DNA of 64,000 nucleotides from Escherichia coli (GTDB lineage Bacteria; Pseudomonadota; Gammaproteobacteria; Enterobacterales; Enterobacteriaceae): NCBI RefSeq assembly GCF_013315695.1, contig NZ_CP054353.1; one strand, 5' to 3'. Shown piece by piece: positions 54,129 to 64,000 of this stretch (position 1 is its first letter; each line of letters starts with the position of its first letter). The notes under the pieces were generated by a model. It saw only the letters and a program-made list of their open reading frames with translations, ran no database searches and was not told where the DNA came from. The position numbers and the translations under genes were made by a program.

Positions 54129-56030
54129 TTAATGGTCCTCCGCTGCGGCAACCGCTGGATTTTCCGCAGGCAGATCGGTGTTGTTATCACCCAGCATAAT
54201 GTGGTCGAGGATCTGGCGCATCAGCGTACCAACCGCCGGACCCGCGCCACCGTTCTCCAGAATCATGGCGACAGCCACTTGCGGATTGTTGTATGGCGCA
54301 AAGGCGGTCATCAGTTTGTGGTCACGTAAACGCTCGGCAATTTTGTGCGCATTATAGGTTTCGTTCGCTTTCAGGCCGAAGACCTGAGCCGTACCGGATT
54401 TTGCTGCAATTTTGTACGGTGCGCTGGCAAAGTATTTATGCGCCGTACCGTTAGGGCGGTTAGCAACACCGTACATACCGTCTTTTGCCAGCTCCCAGTA
54501 ACCGGAATGAATATCGCCGACGGGCGGTTCATGCGGTTGTACCCATGGCACCTGTTTGCCGTCTTCGGCGGTGCTCATCAGCAAATGCGGAACCTTCACG
54601 ATACCGTCATTAATCAGGATCATCAGTGCCTTACTCATCTGGATTGGGGTCGCTGTCCAGTAACCCTGACCGATACCAACCGGAATGGTGTCACCCTGAT
54701 ACCACGGTTTTTTAAAGCGTTTCTGTTTCCATTCGCGGGTAGGCATGTTGCCGGAACGTTCTTCCGCCAGGTCGATACCGGTGTAATGACCATAACCGAA
54801 TTTACCCATCCATTCGGAGAGGCGATCGATTCCCATATCGTAGGCCACCTGATAGAAGAAGGTATCCGCAGATTCTTCCAGCGATCTTGTGACATTCAGA
54901 CGCCCGTGGCCCCATTTTTTCCAGTCACGATAACGTTTTTCCGAACCTGGCAGTTGCCACCAGCCTGGGTCAAACAGCGTCGTATTGCGCGTGATCACTC
55001 CGGCGCTCAATGCCGAAACCGCCACATAGGGTTTAACTGTAGACGCGGGAGGATAAACCCCCTGTGTGGCGCGGTTCACCAGCGGTGTATTCGGGTCGTT
55101 CAGCAAGGCGGAATAATCTTTGCTGGAGATACCGTCAACAAACAGGTTTGGGTCATAACTAGGCGTGGAAACCAGCGCCAGCACCCCACCTGTACGCGGA
55201 TCGGTGACTACCACAGCTGCGCGGCTACCCGCCAGCAGCGTTTCAATATATTGCTGGAGTTTGAGATCCAGCGTCAGGTAAATATCGTGTCCGGCTTGCG
55301 GTGGTACTTCTTTTAACTGGCGGATAACACGCCCACGGTTGTTAACTTCAACCTCTTCATAACCAGTCTGACCGTGCAGCACGTCTTCATAGTAACGCTC
55401 AATGCCCAGCTTACCTATATCATGCGTTGCCGCATAGTTGGCCAGTTTGCCGTCATTATTCAGGCGTTCGACGTCTTTATCGTTGATTTTCGACACATAG
55501 CCGATGACGTGGGTCAACGCCGAACCGTAAGGATAGTAACGACGTTTATAGCCTTTAACTTCAACACCCGGAAAACGGTACTGATTGACGGCAAAGCGAG
55601 CTACTTGTACTTCGGTCAGGTTAGTTTTCACCGGAATAGAGGTGAAACGGTGTGAACGTGCGCGCTCTTTTCGGAATGCAGCAATATCATCATCGGTCAG
55701 ATCAACCACGCTGCGCAAAGCGTCCAGCGTTTGCTGCACGTTATCGACTTTCTCCGGCATCATTTCTATCTGGTAGATAGTGCGGTTGAGAGCCAGAGGG
55801 ATACCGTTACGGTCGTAGATAATGCCGCGGCTGGGTGCGATAGGCACCAGCTTAATGCGGTTTTCATTAGAGCGGGTCTGGTAGTCGGTAAAGCGAACAA
55901 TTTGCAGATTATACAGGTTGGCGATAAGCACGCCGGTCAGCAGCAAAATCCCCAAAAAGGCGACCAGCGCCCGGCGCACAAACAGCGCGGACTCTGCCGT
56001 ATAGTCGCGAAAAGAGTTCTGTAGTTTCAT
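54129..56030 (-). CDS. mrdA: Penicillin-binding protein 2 (elongasome transpeptidase)
   Basis: 633-aa [47 protein letters not shown]…; STVK and KSGT motifs. Confidence 0.95.
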   Translation of the reverse strand: MKLQNSFRDYTAESALFVRRALVAFLGILLLTGVLIANLYNLQIVRFTDYQTRSNENRIKLVPIAPSRGIIYDRNGIPLALNRTIYQIEMMPEKVDNVQQTLDALRSVVDLTDDDIAAFRKERARSHRFTSIPVKTNLTEVQVARFAVNQYRFPGVEVKGYKRRYYPYGSALTHVIGYVSKINDKDVERLNNDGKLANYAATHDIGKLGIERYYEDVLHGQTGYEEVEVNNRGRVIRQLKEVPPQAGHDIYLTLDLKLQQYIETLLAGSRAAVVVTDPRTGGVLALVSTPSYDPNLFVDGISSKDYSALLNDPNTPLVNRATQGVYPPASTVKPYVAVSALSAGVITRNTTLFDPGWWQLPGSEKRYRDWKKWGHGRLNVTRSLEESADTFFYQVAYDMGIDRLSEWMGKFGYGHYTGIDLAEERSGNMPTREWKQKRFKKPWYQGDTIPVGIGQGYWTATPIQMSKALMILINDGIVKVPHLLMSTAEDGKQVPWVQPHEPPVGDIHSGYWELAKDGMYGVANRPNGTAHKYFASAPYKIAAKSGTAQVFGLKANETYNAHKIAERLRDHKLMTAFAPYNNPQVAVAMILENGGAGPAVGTLMRQILDHIMLGDNNTDLPAENPAVAAAEDH

Positions 56031-56060
56031 CCGCTGCGTTTTCTACTCAAAGCTCACTTA

Positions 56061-56528
56061 TCACTCACGGTGATAAGGATGGTTGGTGGTGATGCTCCAC
56101 GCCCGGTACAGGCTCTCTGCGACCAGCACGCGAACCAGCGGATGGGGAAGGGTAAGTGCCGACAGCGACCAGCTCTGCTCCGCCGCCGCTTTACAGGCAG
56201 GCGACAACCCTTCAGGCCCGCCAATCAGTAGACTGACGTCGCGACCATCCAGTTTCCAGCGTTCCAGCTCAGCGGCTAACTGCGGCGTATCCCAGGGCTT
56301 GCCTGGAATATCGAGGGTGACAATGCGGTTTTTGCCTGCGGCCGCCAACATCTGCTCACCCTCTTTGTCGAGTATGCGCTTGATGTCCGCATTCTTGCCG
56401 CGTTTTCCGGCCGGAATTTCAATCAGCTCGAAGGGCATATCTTTCGGAAAACGACGCAGGTACTCGGTAAAACCGGTTTGTACCCAGTCCGGCATTTTCG
56501 TTCCCACGGCGACAAGTTGCAGCTTCAC
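56061..56528 (-). CDS. rlmH: 23S rRNA (pseudouridine1915-N3)-methyltransferase RlmH
   Basis: 155-aa [61 protein letters not shown]…. Confidence 0.93.
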
Positions 56529-56531
56529 GCA

Positions 56532-56867
<336 letters not shown>

Positions 56868-57108
56868 TCAAATAGATAAAAATGGTCTGTCAGTATACCT
56901 GAACCAGAGGCGATTTCGGGACAATTGTCGCCGAATCGGCTTTCGAAAGTGGGCTATCATCCCACCCCGCGCCGCAGATTGCATCGCCATTTTTGTAAAA
57001 CAATTTCTACAAAGTCGTGTCTGGCGGAAAAAGTCTGGCTGCGGAGAATATCAGCCTGCCCGGGGCTGTCAATGGTCGTTGCGGCTTACCCGTAAAAAAA
57101 CAGAAAAG

Positions 57109-57720
57109 TCATGTATTCTCGATCCCGATGGCACGGCTATTGAGGACGCGTAGCGTCGCGAATTTTTGGTTGATATCAATGGCGCTCCAACACCCTTGAT
57201 CAACGCGAAAATGCCACATAGCCTCGGCAGGCATGCCAATTAAACGAGCGATTAACAGACTCAGTACACCCTGATGGCTGACGACTAAAATATTCTGATA
57301 GTGCTGAAATTCACTAAGCCTTGCGATAAACCGTTCCACACGTTGTGAAAATGCCTGAAATCCTTCACCGTTCGTGGGGATAGCATGCTGCCAGTCATTG
57401 CACCACGCGCTATAGTTTTCGGCATCTTCTTGCATGAGGTCGCGATGATGTCGCATCTCCCAGTCGCCAAAAAACATTTCGTTGAGTTCAGGGATGATTT
57501 GCACGGGGAGCAGGCGATCACTGAGAACCCGTCGCGCGGTATGCTGTGCCCGTTCCAGTTCACTGCATAAAACCAGGTCAAAGGAAACATCATGTAGCAG
57601 CGTATGCAGATTTTGCGCTTGCTCAATACCGCGTGCGGTCAGGGGGGTGGGCGCATGACCGCTGTACAGACCATCGACATTCGCTTGCGTTTCACCATGA
57701 CGAATTAACCACAGTCGCAT
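57109..57720 (-). CDS. cobC: Adenosylcobalamin/alpha-ribazole phosphatase CobC (histidine phosphatase family)
   Basis: Start MRLWLIRHGETQANVDGLYSGHAPTPLTARG (RHGE motif), 203 aa. Confidence 0.9.
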   Translation of the reverse strand: MRLWLIRHGETQANVDGLYSGHAPTPLTARGIEQAQNLHTLLHDVSFDLVLCSELERAQHTARRVLSDRLLPVQIIPELNEMFFGDWEMRHHRDLMQEDAENYSAWCNDWQHAIPTNGEGFQAFSQRVERFIARLSEFQHYQNILVVSHQGVLSLLIARLIGMPAEAMWHFRVDQGCWSAIDINQKFATLRVLNSRAIGIENT

Positions 57721-57743
57721 CATGCCCTCCGTAACGACAGGTA

Positions 57744-58385
57744 TCAGCGATACAAGCCTTGTTGGTTAATGTAAGTCAGTACCGGTTCCGGCAATAAATC
57801 CTCACACGATTCACCGTTTTGCAAACGTTCGCGGATGATGGTCGCCGAGATGTTAAACCACGGCGTTTCAGCCAGATAAATTTTACCGGCAGGCTGAAGG
57901 TGAAGATCTTCCGGGTTATGTGTCAAATGATCTTCCAGCCATTGCTGGTATTGCGGTTGCGCCATTTCAAGTGGGTAACCTGGACGCCGACAGACGATCA
58001 AATGTGCATTGTCGAGTATCGTTTCGTATTCGTACCAGGTCGGAAAGGTCAGCAATGAATCCTGACCAATAATAAACGCCAGCGGCACGTCCGGTCCTTG
58101 TTCCTGCCGCCACTCTTTCAGTGTTTGCGCAGTGTAAGAGGGGGCATTGCGCTTTAGCTCGCGTTCATCAAGAGTAAACAGTGGCTTGTCGGCAATCGCC
58201 AGTTCAAGCATGTGTTTACGCTGCACGCTGTTCGCTTCCGGCTGGGGACGATGCGGAGGAACATTATTAGGGATGATTGTGACCCGCGTCAGACCAATCA
58301 AATTCGCCAGCGTTTCCACGGGTTTAAGATGACCATAGTGCACCGGATCAAAGGTGCCGCCAAACAGAGCCTGTAAAGATTTCAT
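57744..58385 (-). CDS. nadD: Nicotinate-nucleotide adenylyltransferase NadD
   Basis: 213-aa [54 protein letters not shown]…. Confidence 0.93.
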
Positions 58386-58386
58386 A

Positions 58387-59418
58387 TCAACCGTCGATAA
58401 ATACGTCCGCCAGGGGTTTATGGCACAACAGAAGAGATAACCCTTCCAGCTCTGCCCACACTGACTGACCGTAATCTTGTTTGAGGGTGAGTTCCGTTCG
58501 TGTCAGGAGTTGCACGGCCTGACGTAACTGCGGATGGCTTAAGCGATTTAACGCCTCGCCCATCATGCCCCGGCGGTTCTGCCATACCCGATGCTTATCA
58601 AACAACGCACGCAGTGGCGTATGGGCAGACTGGCGTTTCAGGTTAACCAGTAACAACAGTTCACGTTGTAATGTGCGCAACAAAATAACCGGTTCGCTGC
58701 CTTCCAGACGCAGTTGCTGAAGAATATGCAACGCGCGCTTACTTTTTCCCATCAACAAAGCATCAACCCAATGAAAAGGGGTGAAATGCGCGGCATCATT
58801 CACCGCCTGTTCAACGCGAGGTAATGTCAGTTTGCCGTCTGGCCAGAGCAGCGATAAACGCTCCAGTGCCTGAGCCAGCGCCAGCAGGTTACCTTCATAA
58901 CAGTAGCAGAGCACTTGGTTTGCAGCGTCATCCAGTTCTAAGTTGAGCTGTTTTGCACGCGCAGCAACCCAGTGGGGAAGCTGAGCCTGCTCCGGCGTCT
59001 GACAGGTCACCTGCACGCTGCGATTCGCAAGAGCAGTAAACCAGGCAGCATTTTCTTGCGCTTTGCTTAATTTACTACCGCGGACGATCAACAGCAGATC
59101 GTCATGCAGAAGTCCGGTGAGTGTGAGAAGTTGTTCATTGATCGCCGCATTCGGTCCGTTTTCGGGTAACAACAGCAATAGCGTTTGTCGACTGGCAAAC
59201 AGACTCATAGCCTGGCATAACGAAAAGATCGCATTCCAGTCAGTGTTGGGATCAATGGAAAAAGTGTGGTGTTCTTCGAATCCTTGTGCCGCAGCTACCT
59301 GACGAACAGCGTCCTGGCTTTCCTGCAATAACAGAGGGTCGTTACCAAGTAAAAGATACGCCGCGCGCAGCCCTTCATTGAGCTGCGCGCGGAGTTGTTC
59401 CGGGTACAACCGAATCAT
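58387..59418 (-). CDS. holA: DNA polymerase III delta subunit HolA
   Basis: 343-aa [53 protein letters not shown]…. Confidence 0.93.
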
Positions 59419-59999
59419 CAGTTACCCAGCGTGGTAGAGACGCGTGCAGGCGTTGCCGGAGTATCCGTTGTGGTCGACGTCTGTTCTTCGTCGGAACGAA
59501 TATCCGCAGCACGGATGCTTGGCAGCTTACGAATCAGCTGTTCGGCAGCACGGTCGTACATCTCTTTAATGATCATTTCCTGCTCGTTATCTTTCGCTAA
59601 CGCCATTTGCGGGTTATCGAAGAACGAACGGAAGACTTTGGCGCTAATCGGGTAGATATCTCGTCCAGGAATCAATACCGACGCGCTAACAGTCATCACC
59701 ATCTGATATTCCGCAGTTTGACCATTACGGAAAACCGACGCGGTATCCTGCGAGATTGATACAGCACCCAAACGCAGGGATGGAACGTCCTTACGCGTGG
59801 TTTCTTTATCAAGCAACTCGACACCATTCAGACGTAACTGGTTACGCACCGCACGGCTTAATGGCCCGTTCGGATCGCCTGAGTCCAGGATCATGACCTT
59901 CATAGTGGAAGGAACCTGCGTGGTATCACGCAGATGCCAGCCACACCCGGCGGTGATTAACACCGCCAGAGATAACAACAATGTTGCCAGATATCGCAC
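59418..59999 (-). CDS. lptE: LPS-assembly lipoprotein LptE
   Basis: 193-aa [49 protein letters not shown]… (lipobox). Confidence 0.93.
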   Translation of the reverse strand: MRYLATLLLSLAVLITAGCGWHLRDTTQVPSTMKVMILDSGDPNGPLSRAVRNQLRLNGVELLDKETTRKDVPSLRLGAVSISQDTASVFRNGQTAEYQMVMTVSASVLIPGRDIYPISAKVFRSFFDNPQMALAKDNEQEMIIKEMYDRAAEQLIRKLPSIRAADIRSDEEQTSTTTDTPATPARVSTTLGN

Positions 60000-60013
60000 G
60001 CTTCCTCCCGCGC

Positions 60014-62596
60014 TTAGCCAACGACCAGATTGAGGAGTTTACCTGGTACGTAAATCACTTTACGCACAGTAACGCCATCGAGATATTTTGCTACCAGATG
60101 TTCCTGGCCAGCACGTTCGCGAACCTGTTCTTCCGTTGCGTCCACCGGAACGGTGATTTTTGCACGGACTTTACCGTTAACCTGCACCACGACCAGCGTG
60201 GAGTCTTCCACCATCGCTTTTTCGTCAGCAACCGGCCACGGTGCGTTGTCGATATCGCCTTCGCCTTTCAGTTCCTGCCACAGCGTGAAGCAGATGTGTG
60301 GGGTGAACGGGTTAAGCATACGGATTACCGCCAGCAGCGCTTCCTGCATCAGGGCGCGATCCTGCTCGCTATCGGTCGGTGCTTTCGCCAGTTTGTTCAT
60401 CAGCTCCATAATCGCCGCAATAGCGGTGTTGAAGGTCTGACGACGGCCGATATCATCGGTCACTTTAGCGATAGTTTTATGCACATCGCGACGCAGCGCT
60501 TTCTGATCTTCAGTCAGTGCATCGACGTTCAGTGCCGCAACACCACCTTTCGCTGTGTGCTCGTAAACCAGTTTCCAGACACGTTTCAGGAAGCGGTTAG
60601 CCCCTTCCACACCGGATTCCTGCCATTCGAGAGTCATATCCGCCGGAGAAGCAAACATCATAAACAGACGAACGGTGTCCGCGCCGTAACGTTCAACCAT
60701 CACCTGCGGGTCGATACCGTTGTTCTTCGACTTGGACATTTTGCTCATGCCGGTATAAACCAGTTCATGACCTGCCGCGTCTTTCGCTTTCACGATACGG
60801 CCTTTCTCGTCACGTTCAACGATAGCATCAACCGGGGAAACCCAGTTACGTTCGCCGTTTTCGCCAACATAGTAGAAGGCATCTGCCAGCACCATACCCT
60901 GACACAGCAACTGTTTCGCTGGTTCGTCAGAGTTCACCATGCCTGCATCACGCATCAGTTTGTGGAAGAAGCGGAAGTAGAGCAGGTGCATAATGGCGTG
61001 TTCGATACCACCAATGTAGATATCCACCGGCAGCCAGTAGTTAGCCGCTTTGGAATCCAGCATACCTTCTTTGTACTCCGGGCAAGTGTAGCGCGCATAG
61101 TACCAGGAGGACTCCATAAAGGTGTCGAAAGTGTCGGTTTCACGCAGCGCTGGCATACCGTTAACGGTAGTTTTTGCCCACTCCGGATCTGCTTTAATCG
61201 GGCTGGTAATACCGTCCATCACCACATCTTCCGGCAGGATCACCGGCAGCTGGTCGTCCGGGGTCGGCATTACGGTACCGTCTTCCAGCGTCACCATCGG
61301 AATCGGCGCGCCCCAGTAACGCTGACGAGAAACACCCCAGTCGCGCAGGCGGTAGTTCACTTTACGCTCGCCAACGCCCATCGCAGTCAGTTTATCGGCG
61401 ATGGCGTTGAAGGCCGCTTCATGGTCAAGACCGTTGAACTCGCCAGAGTTGAACAGCACGCCTTTTTCAGTCAGGGCTTGCTGAGAAAGATCTGGCTCAG
61501 AGCCGTCAGCTGCCAGGATAACCGGTTTGATATTCAGGCCGTATTTAGAGGCAAACTCGTAGTCGCGCTGGTCGTGACCCGGAACCGCCATAACTGCGCC
61601 CGTGCCGTATTCCATCAATACGAAGTTTGCTGCCCAAACGGGAATTTCTTCGCCCGTTAATGGGTGAACCGCTTTAAAGCCAGTATCGACGCCTTTTTTC
61701 TCCATCGTCGCCATTTCAGCTTCGGCAACTTTGGTGTTACGGCATTCGTCAATAAAGGCCGCCAGTTCAGGATTATTTTCCGCCGCTTTCTGCGCCAGCG
61801 GATGACCCGCCGCTACCGCCAGGTAGGTACAACCCATAAAGGTGTCCGGACGGGTAGTGTAAACGGTCAGCGTGTTGTCATAGTCGTTAACGTTGAAGGT
61901 GATTTCCACGCCTTCGGAACGACCGATCCAGTTACGCTGCATGGTTTTAACGGTGTCTGGCCAGTGATCCAGTTTATCCAGATCGTTAAGCAGCTCGTCA
62001 GCGTAAGCAGTGATTTTGATAAACCACTGCGGGATCTCTTTACGTTCAACTTTGGTATCGCAGCGCCAGCAGCAGCCGTCGATAACTTGTTCGTTCGCCA
62101 GTACGGTCTGGTCGTTCGGGCACCAGTTGACCGCAGAAGTCTTTTTATATACCAGGCCTTTTTTATACAGCTCGGTGAAGAATTTCTGTTCCCAACGGTA
62201 GTATTCCGGCGTACAGGTTGCCAGCTCGCGGCTCCAGTCATAACCAAAGCCCAGCATTTTGAGCTGGTTTTTCATGTATGCGATGTTGTCGTACGTCCAC
62301 GGTGCCGGAGCGGTGTTGTTTTTTACCGCCGCGCCTTCCGCAGGCAGACCAAACGCGTCCCAGCCGATCGGCTGCAGGACGTTTTTGCCCAGCATACGCT
62401 GGTAGCGGGCGATCACGTCACCGATGGTGTAGTTACGTACGTGGCCCATGTGTAGTCGACCAGAAGGATAGGGAAGCATAGACAGGCAGTAATACTTCTC
62501 TTTGCTCTCGTCTTCGGTTACTTCAAATGTGCGCTTCTCATCCCAATGAAGCTGTACTTTGGATTCTATCTCTTCCGGGCGGTATTGCTCTTGCAT
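60014..62596 (-). CDS. leuS: Leucine--tRNA ligase LeuS
   Basis: Start [56 protein letters not shown]…, 860 aa; HMGH and KMSKS motifs. The track ORF is extended 47 codons upstream. Confidence 0.95.
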   Translation of the reverse strand: MQEQYRPEEIESKVQLHWDEKRTFEVTEDESKEKYYCLSMLPYPSGRLHMGHVRNYTIGDVIARYQRMLGKNVLQPIGWDAFGLPAEGAAVKNNTAPAPWTYDNIAYMKNQLKMLGFGYDWSRELATCTPEYYRWEQKFFTELYKKGLVYKKTSAVNWCPNDQTVLANEQVIDGCCWRCDTKVERKEIPQWFIKITAYADELLNDLDKLDHWPDTVKTMQRNWIGRSEGVEITFNVNDYDNTLTVYTTRPDTFMGCTYLAVAAGHPLAQKAAENNPELAAFIDECRNTKVAEAEMATMEKKGVDTGFKAVHPLTGEEIPVWAANFVLMEYGTGAVMAVPGHDQRDYEFASKYGLNIKPVILAADGSEPDLSQQALTEKGVLFNSGEFNGLDHEAAFNAIADKLTAMGVGERKVNYRLRDWGVSRQRYWGAPIPMVTLEDGTVMPTPDDQLPVILPEDVVMDGITSPIKADPEWAKTTVNGMPALRETDTFDTFMESSWYYARYTCPEYKEGMLDSKAANYWLPVDIYIGGIEHAIMHLLYFRFFHKLMRDAGMVNSDEPAKQLLCQGMVLADAFYYVGENGERNWVSPVDAIVERDEKGRIVKAKDAAGHELVYTGMSKMSKSKNNGIDPQVMVERYGADTVRLFMMFASPADMTLEWQESGVEGANRFLKRVWKLVYEHTAKGGVAALNVDALTEDQKALRRDVHKTIAKVTDDIGRRQTFNTAIAAIMELMNKLAKAPTDSEQDRALMQEALLAVIRMLNPFTPHICFTLWQELKGEGDIDNAPWPVADEKAMVEDSTLVVVQVNGKVRAKITVPVDATEEQVRERAGQEHLVAKYLDGVTVRKVIYVPGKLLNLVVG

Positions 62597-62830
62597 GGCA
62601 GCCAGTGGTCCTGTTTTCAATACGGCTACAAATGTAGCGTTGAGGTGGTTTTTCAGATCCGCATAGCATAGCCCAAACGTCCGCGTCAAAACAGCCTTTC
62701 GCGCACTCGACGTTGAAATGATACCCGGATTATTCATACATTAATTTACAGAGTTTGTGGGCGTATTAGCAAAGCAAGGAACAAAGAACGTCTATTATTA
62801 TAGTCAGTTAACGACCCGGGAGATGAAACG

Positions 62831-63313
62831 ATGAACAAGGTTGCTCAATATTACCGTGAACTGGTCGCGTCACTGAGCGAACGCCTGCGTAATGGCGAAC
62901 GTGATATCGACGCACTGGTGGAACAGGCGCGCGAGCGCGTAATAAAAACAGGGGAGTTAACGCGAACCGAGGTCGATGAGCTGACGCGAGCTGTCAGACG
63001 TGACCTGGAAGAGTTCGCCATGAGCTATGAAGAGAGCCTGAAAGAAGAATCTGACAGCGTCTTTATGCGGGTGATTAAAGAAAGCTTGTGGCAGGAGCTG
63101 GCAGACATCACCGATAAAACGCAGCTTGAATGGCGCGAAGTTTTCCAGGACCTCAATCATCATGGGGTTTATCACAGCGGAGAAGTGGTAGGGCTGGGAA
63201 ATCTGGTCTGCGAGAAATGTCACTTCCATCTCCCGATCTACACACCGGAAGTGCTGACGCTATGCCCGAAATGTGGTCATGACCAGTTCCAGAGACGCCC
63301 GTTCGAGCCGTAA
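62831..63313 (+). CDS. ybeL: DUF1451-family protein YbeL (C-terminal zinc-ribbon-like CxxC…CxxC)
   Basis: 160-aa ORF MNKVAQYYRELVASLSERLRNGERDIDALVEQARERVIKTGELTRTEVDEL…CEKCHFH…CPKCGHDQFQRRPFEP. Confidence 0.9.
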   Translation: MNKVAQYYRELVASLSERLRNGERDIDALVEQARERVIKTGELTRTEVDELTRAVRRDLEEFAMSYEESLKEESDSVFMRVIKESLWQELADITDKTQLEWREVFQDLNHHGVYHSGEVVGLGNLVCEKCHFHLPIYTPEVLTLCPKCGHDQFQRRPFEP

Positions 63314-63357
63314 TGAAATGAGTGGTGCCGGATGGAGTGATGTCATCCGGCGAGTGA

Positions 63358-64000
63358 TTAAGCGTAAAATTTCAGCCGCTCTGCCAGTAAATCAACAAAG
63401 CCCTGACGATCAACATCGACCATTACGGTGGCATTCGGTTTATTGCCAGTCAGATAATAATAATCAACAACCGTCATACCCTGGGTATATCTCCCCTGTG
63501 TTTCCACGCCAACCCAGCGCTCAACAGTGGTAAACAACTCCGGTTTCAACAACCAGGCGATGGTGCATGGGTCATGCAGCGGTGCGCCGACAAAGCCCCA
63601 TTTTTCGTCTTTATGATATTCGAGGAAGAAATCCAGCAGTTCGGCAACAATGGTTGAAACAGGGTTGCCAATGGCGCGGAAACGCTCGGTGTCCTCAACG
63701 TGAATTTGTGCTTTGTGAGTAACATCCAGACCGGCCATCACCACCGGGATCCCTGACTGGAAGACAATTTCTGCCGCTTCCGGGTCAACGTAAATATTAA
63801 ATTCAGCCGCAGGCGTCCAGTTACCAAGCCCCATTGCGCCGCCCATAATCACGATACGGGCAATTTTGCTATGCAGTTCCGGGTGGCTATTGAGCAGCAA
63901 GGCAACGTTAGTTTGCGGTCCGGTAGAAACAATGGTGACAGGTTCCTCACTTTCACACAGCGTTTTCGCCATCAGCTCCACCGCCGTACAGTTTTGCGGT
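63358..64000 (-). CDS. rihA: Pyrimidine-specific ribonucleoside hydrolase RihA, C-terminal part; 5' end lies beyond the window end
   Basis: Reverse-strand ORF ending …[19 protein letters not shown]; nucleoside hydrolase family. The ORF continues in frame to the window edge. Confidence 0.85.
   Translation of the reverse strand, partial: PQNCTAVELMAKTLCESEEPVTIVSTGPQTNVALLLNSHPELHSKIARIVIMGGAMGLGNWTPAAEFNIYVDPEAAEIVFQSGIPVVMAGLDVTHKAQIHVEDTERFRAIGNPVSTIVAELLDFFLEYHKDEKWGFVGAPLHDPCTIAWLLKPELFTTVERWVGVETQGRYTQGMTVVDYYYLTGNKPNATVMVDVDRQGFVDLLAERLKFYA

Noticed and set aside
54345-55316. 323-aa + strand ORF antisense to mrdA
   Set aside because: Shadow ORF within the PBP2 gene; no independent support.
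59981-61660. 559-aa + strand ORF (and 61664-62455, 263 aa) antisense to leuS
   Set aside because: Shadow ORFs opposite a highly conserved aminoacyl-tRNA synthetase gene, with arginine/histidine-rich low-complexity composition.

Overview
This window is a well-characterised stretch of Escherichia coli-type chromosome, running from the enterobactin cluster to leuS–ybeL–rihA. Identification is by recall of the translated ORFs; no database search or computation was run. I do not see a clearly novel multi-gene system. Gene order: fepA (5' part), fes–ybdZ–entF, fepE, fepCGD, entS, fepB, entCEBAH, cstA–ybdD, ybdH, ybdL, ybdMN, ybdO, dsbG, ahpCF, uspG, rnk, rna, citT and citCDEFXG, dpiBA, dcuC, pagP, cspE, crcB, ybeM, tatE, lipA, ybeF, one IS1, lipB, ybeD, dacA, rlpA, mrdBA, rlmH, rsfS, cobC, nadD, holA, lptE, leuS, ybeL, rihA (3' part). 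No rRNA, tRNA or CRISPR array was found. The points most worth a second look are differences from the K-12 MG1655 arrangement as I recall it, plus one poorly understood module. These are: a complete IS1 with a 9-bp target-site duplication upstream of ybeF; a +1 frameshift splitting pagP; no ybdR between uspG and rnk; no ybeQ–hscC block between ybeL and rihA; an intact ybeM; and the AT-rich ybdO–ybdN–ybdM module (PAPS-reductase-like plus ParB-like, function unknown). All coordinates were counted by hand from the sequence and ORF track, so small regulatory sites may be off by a few bases.
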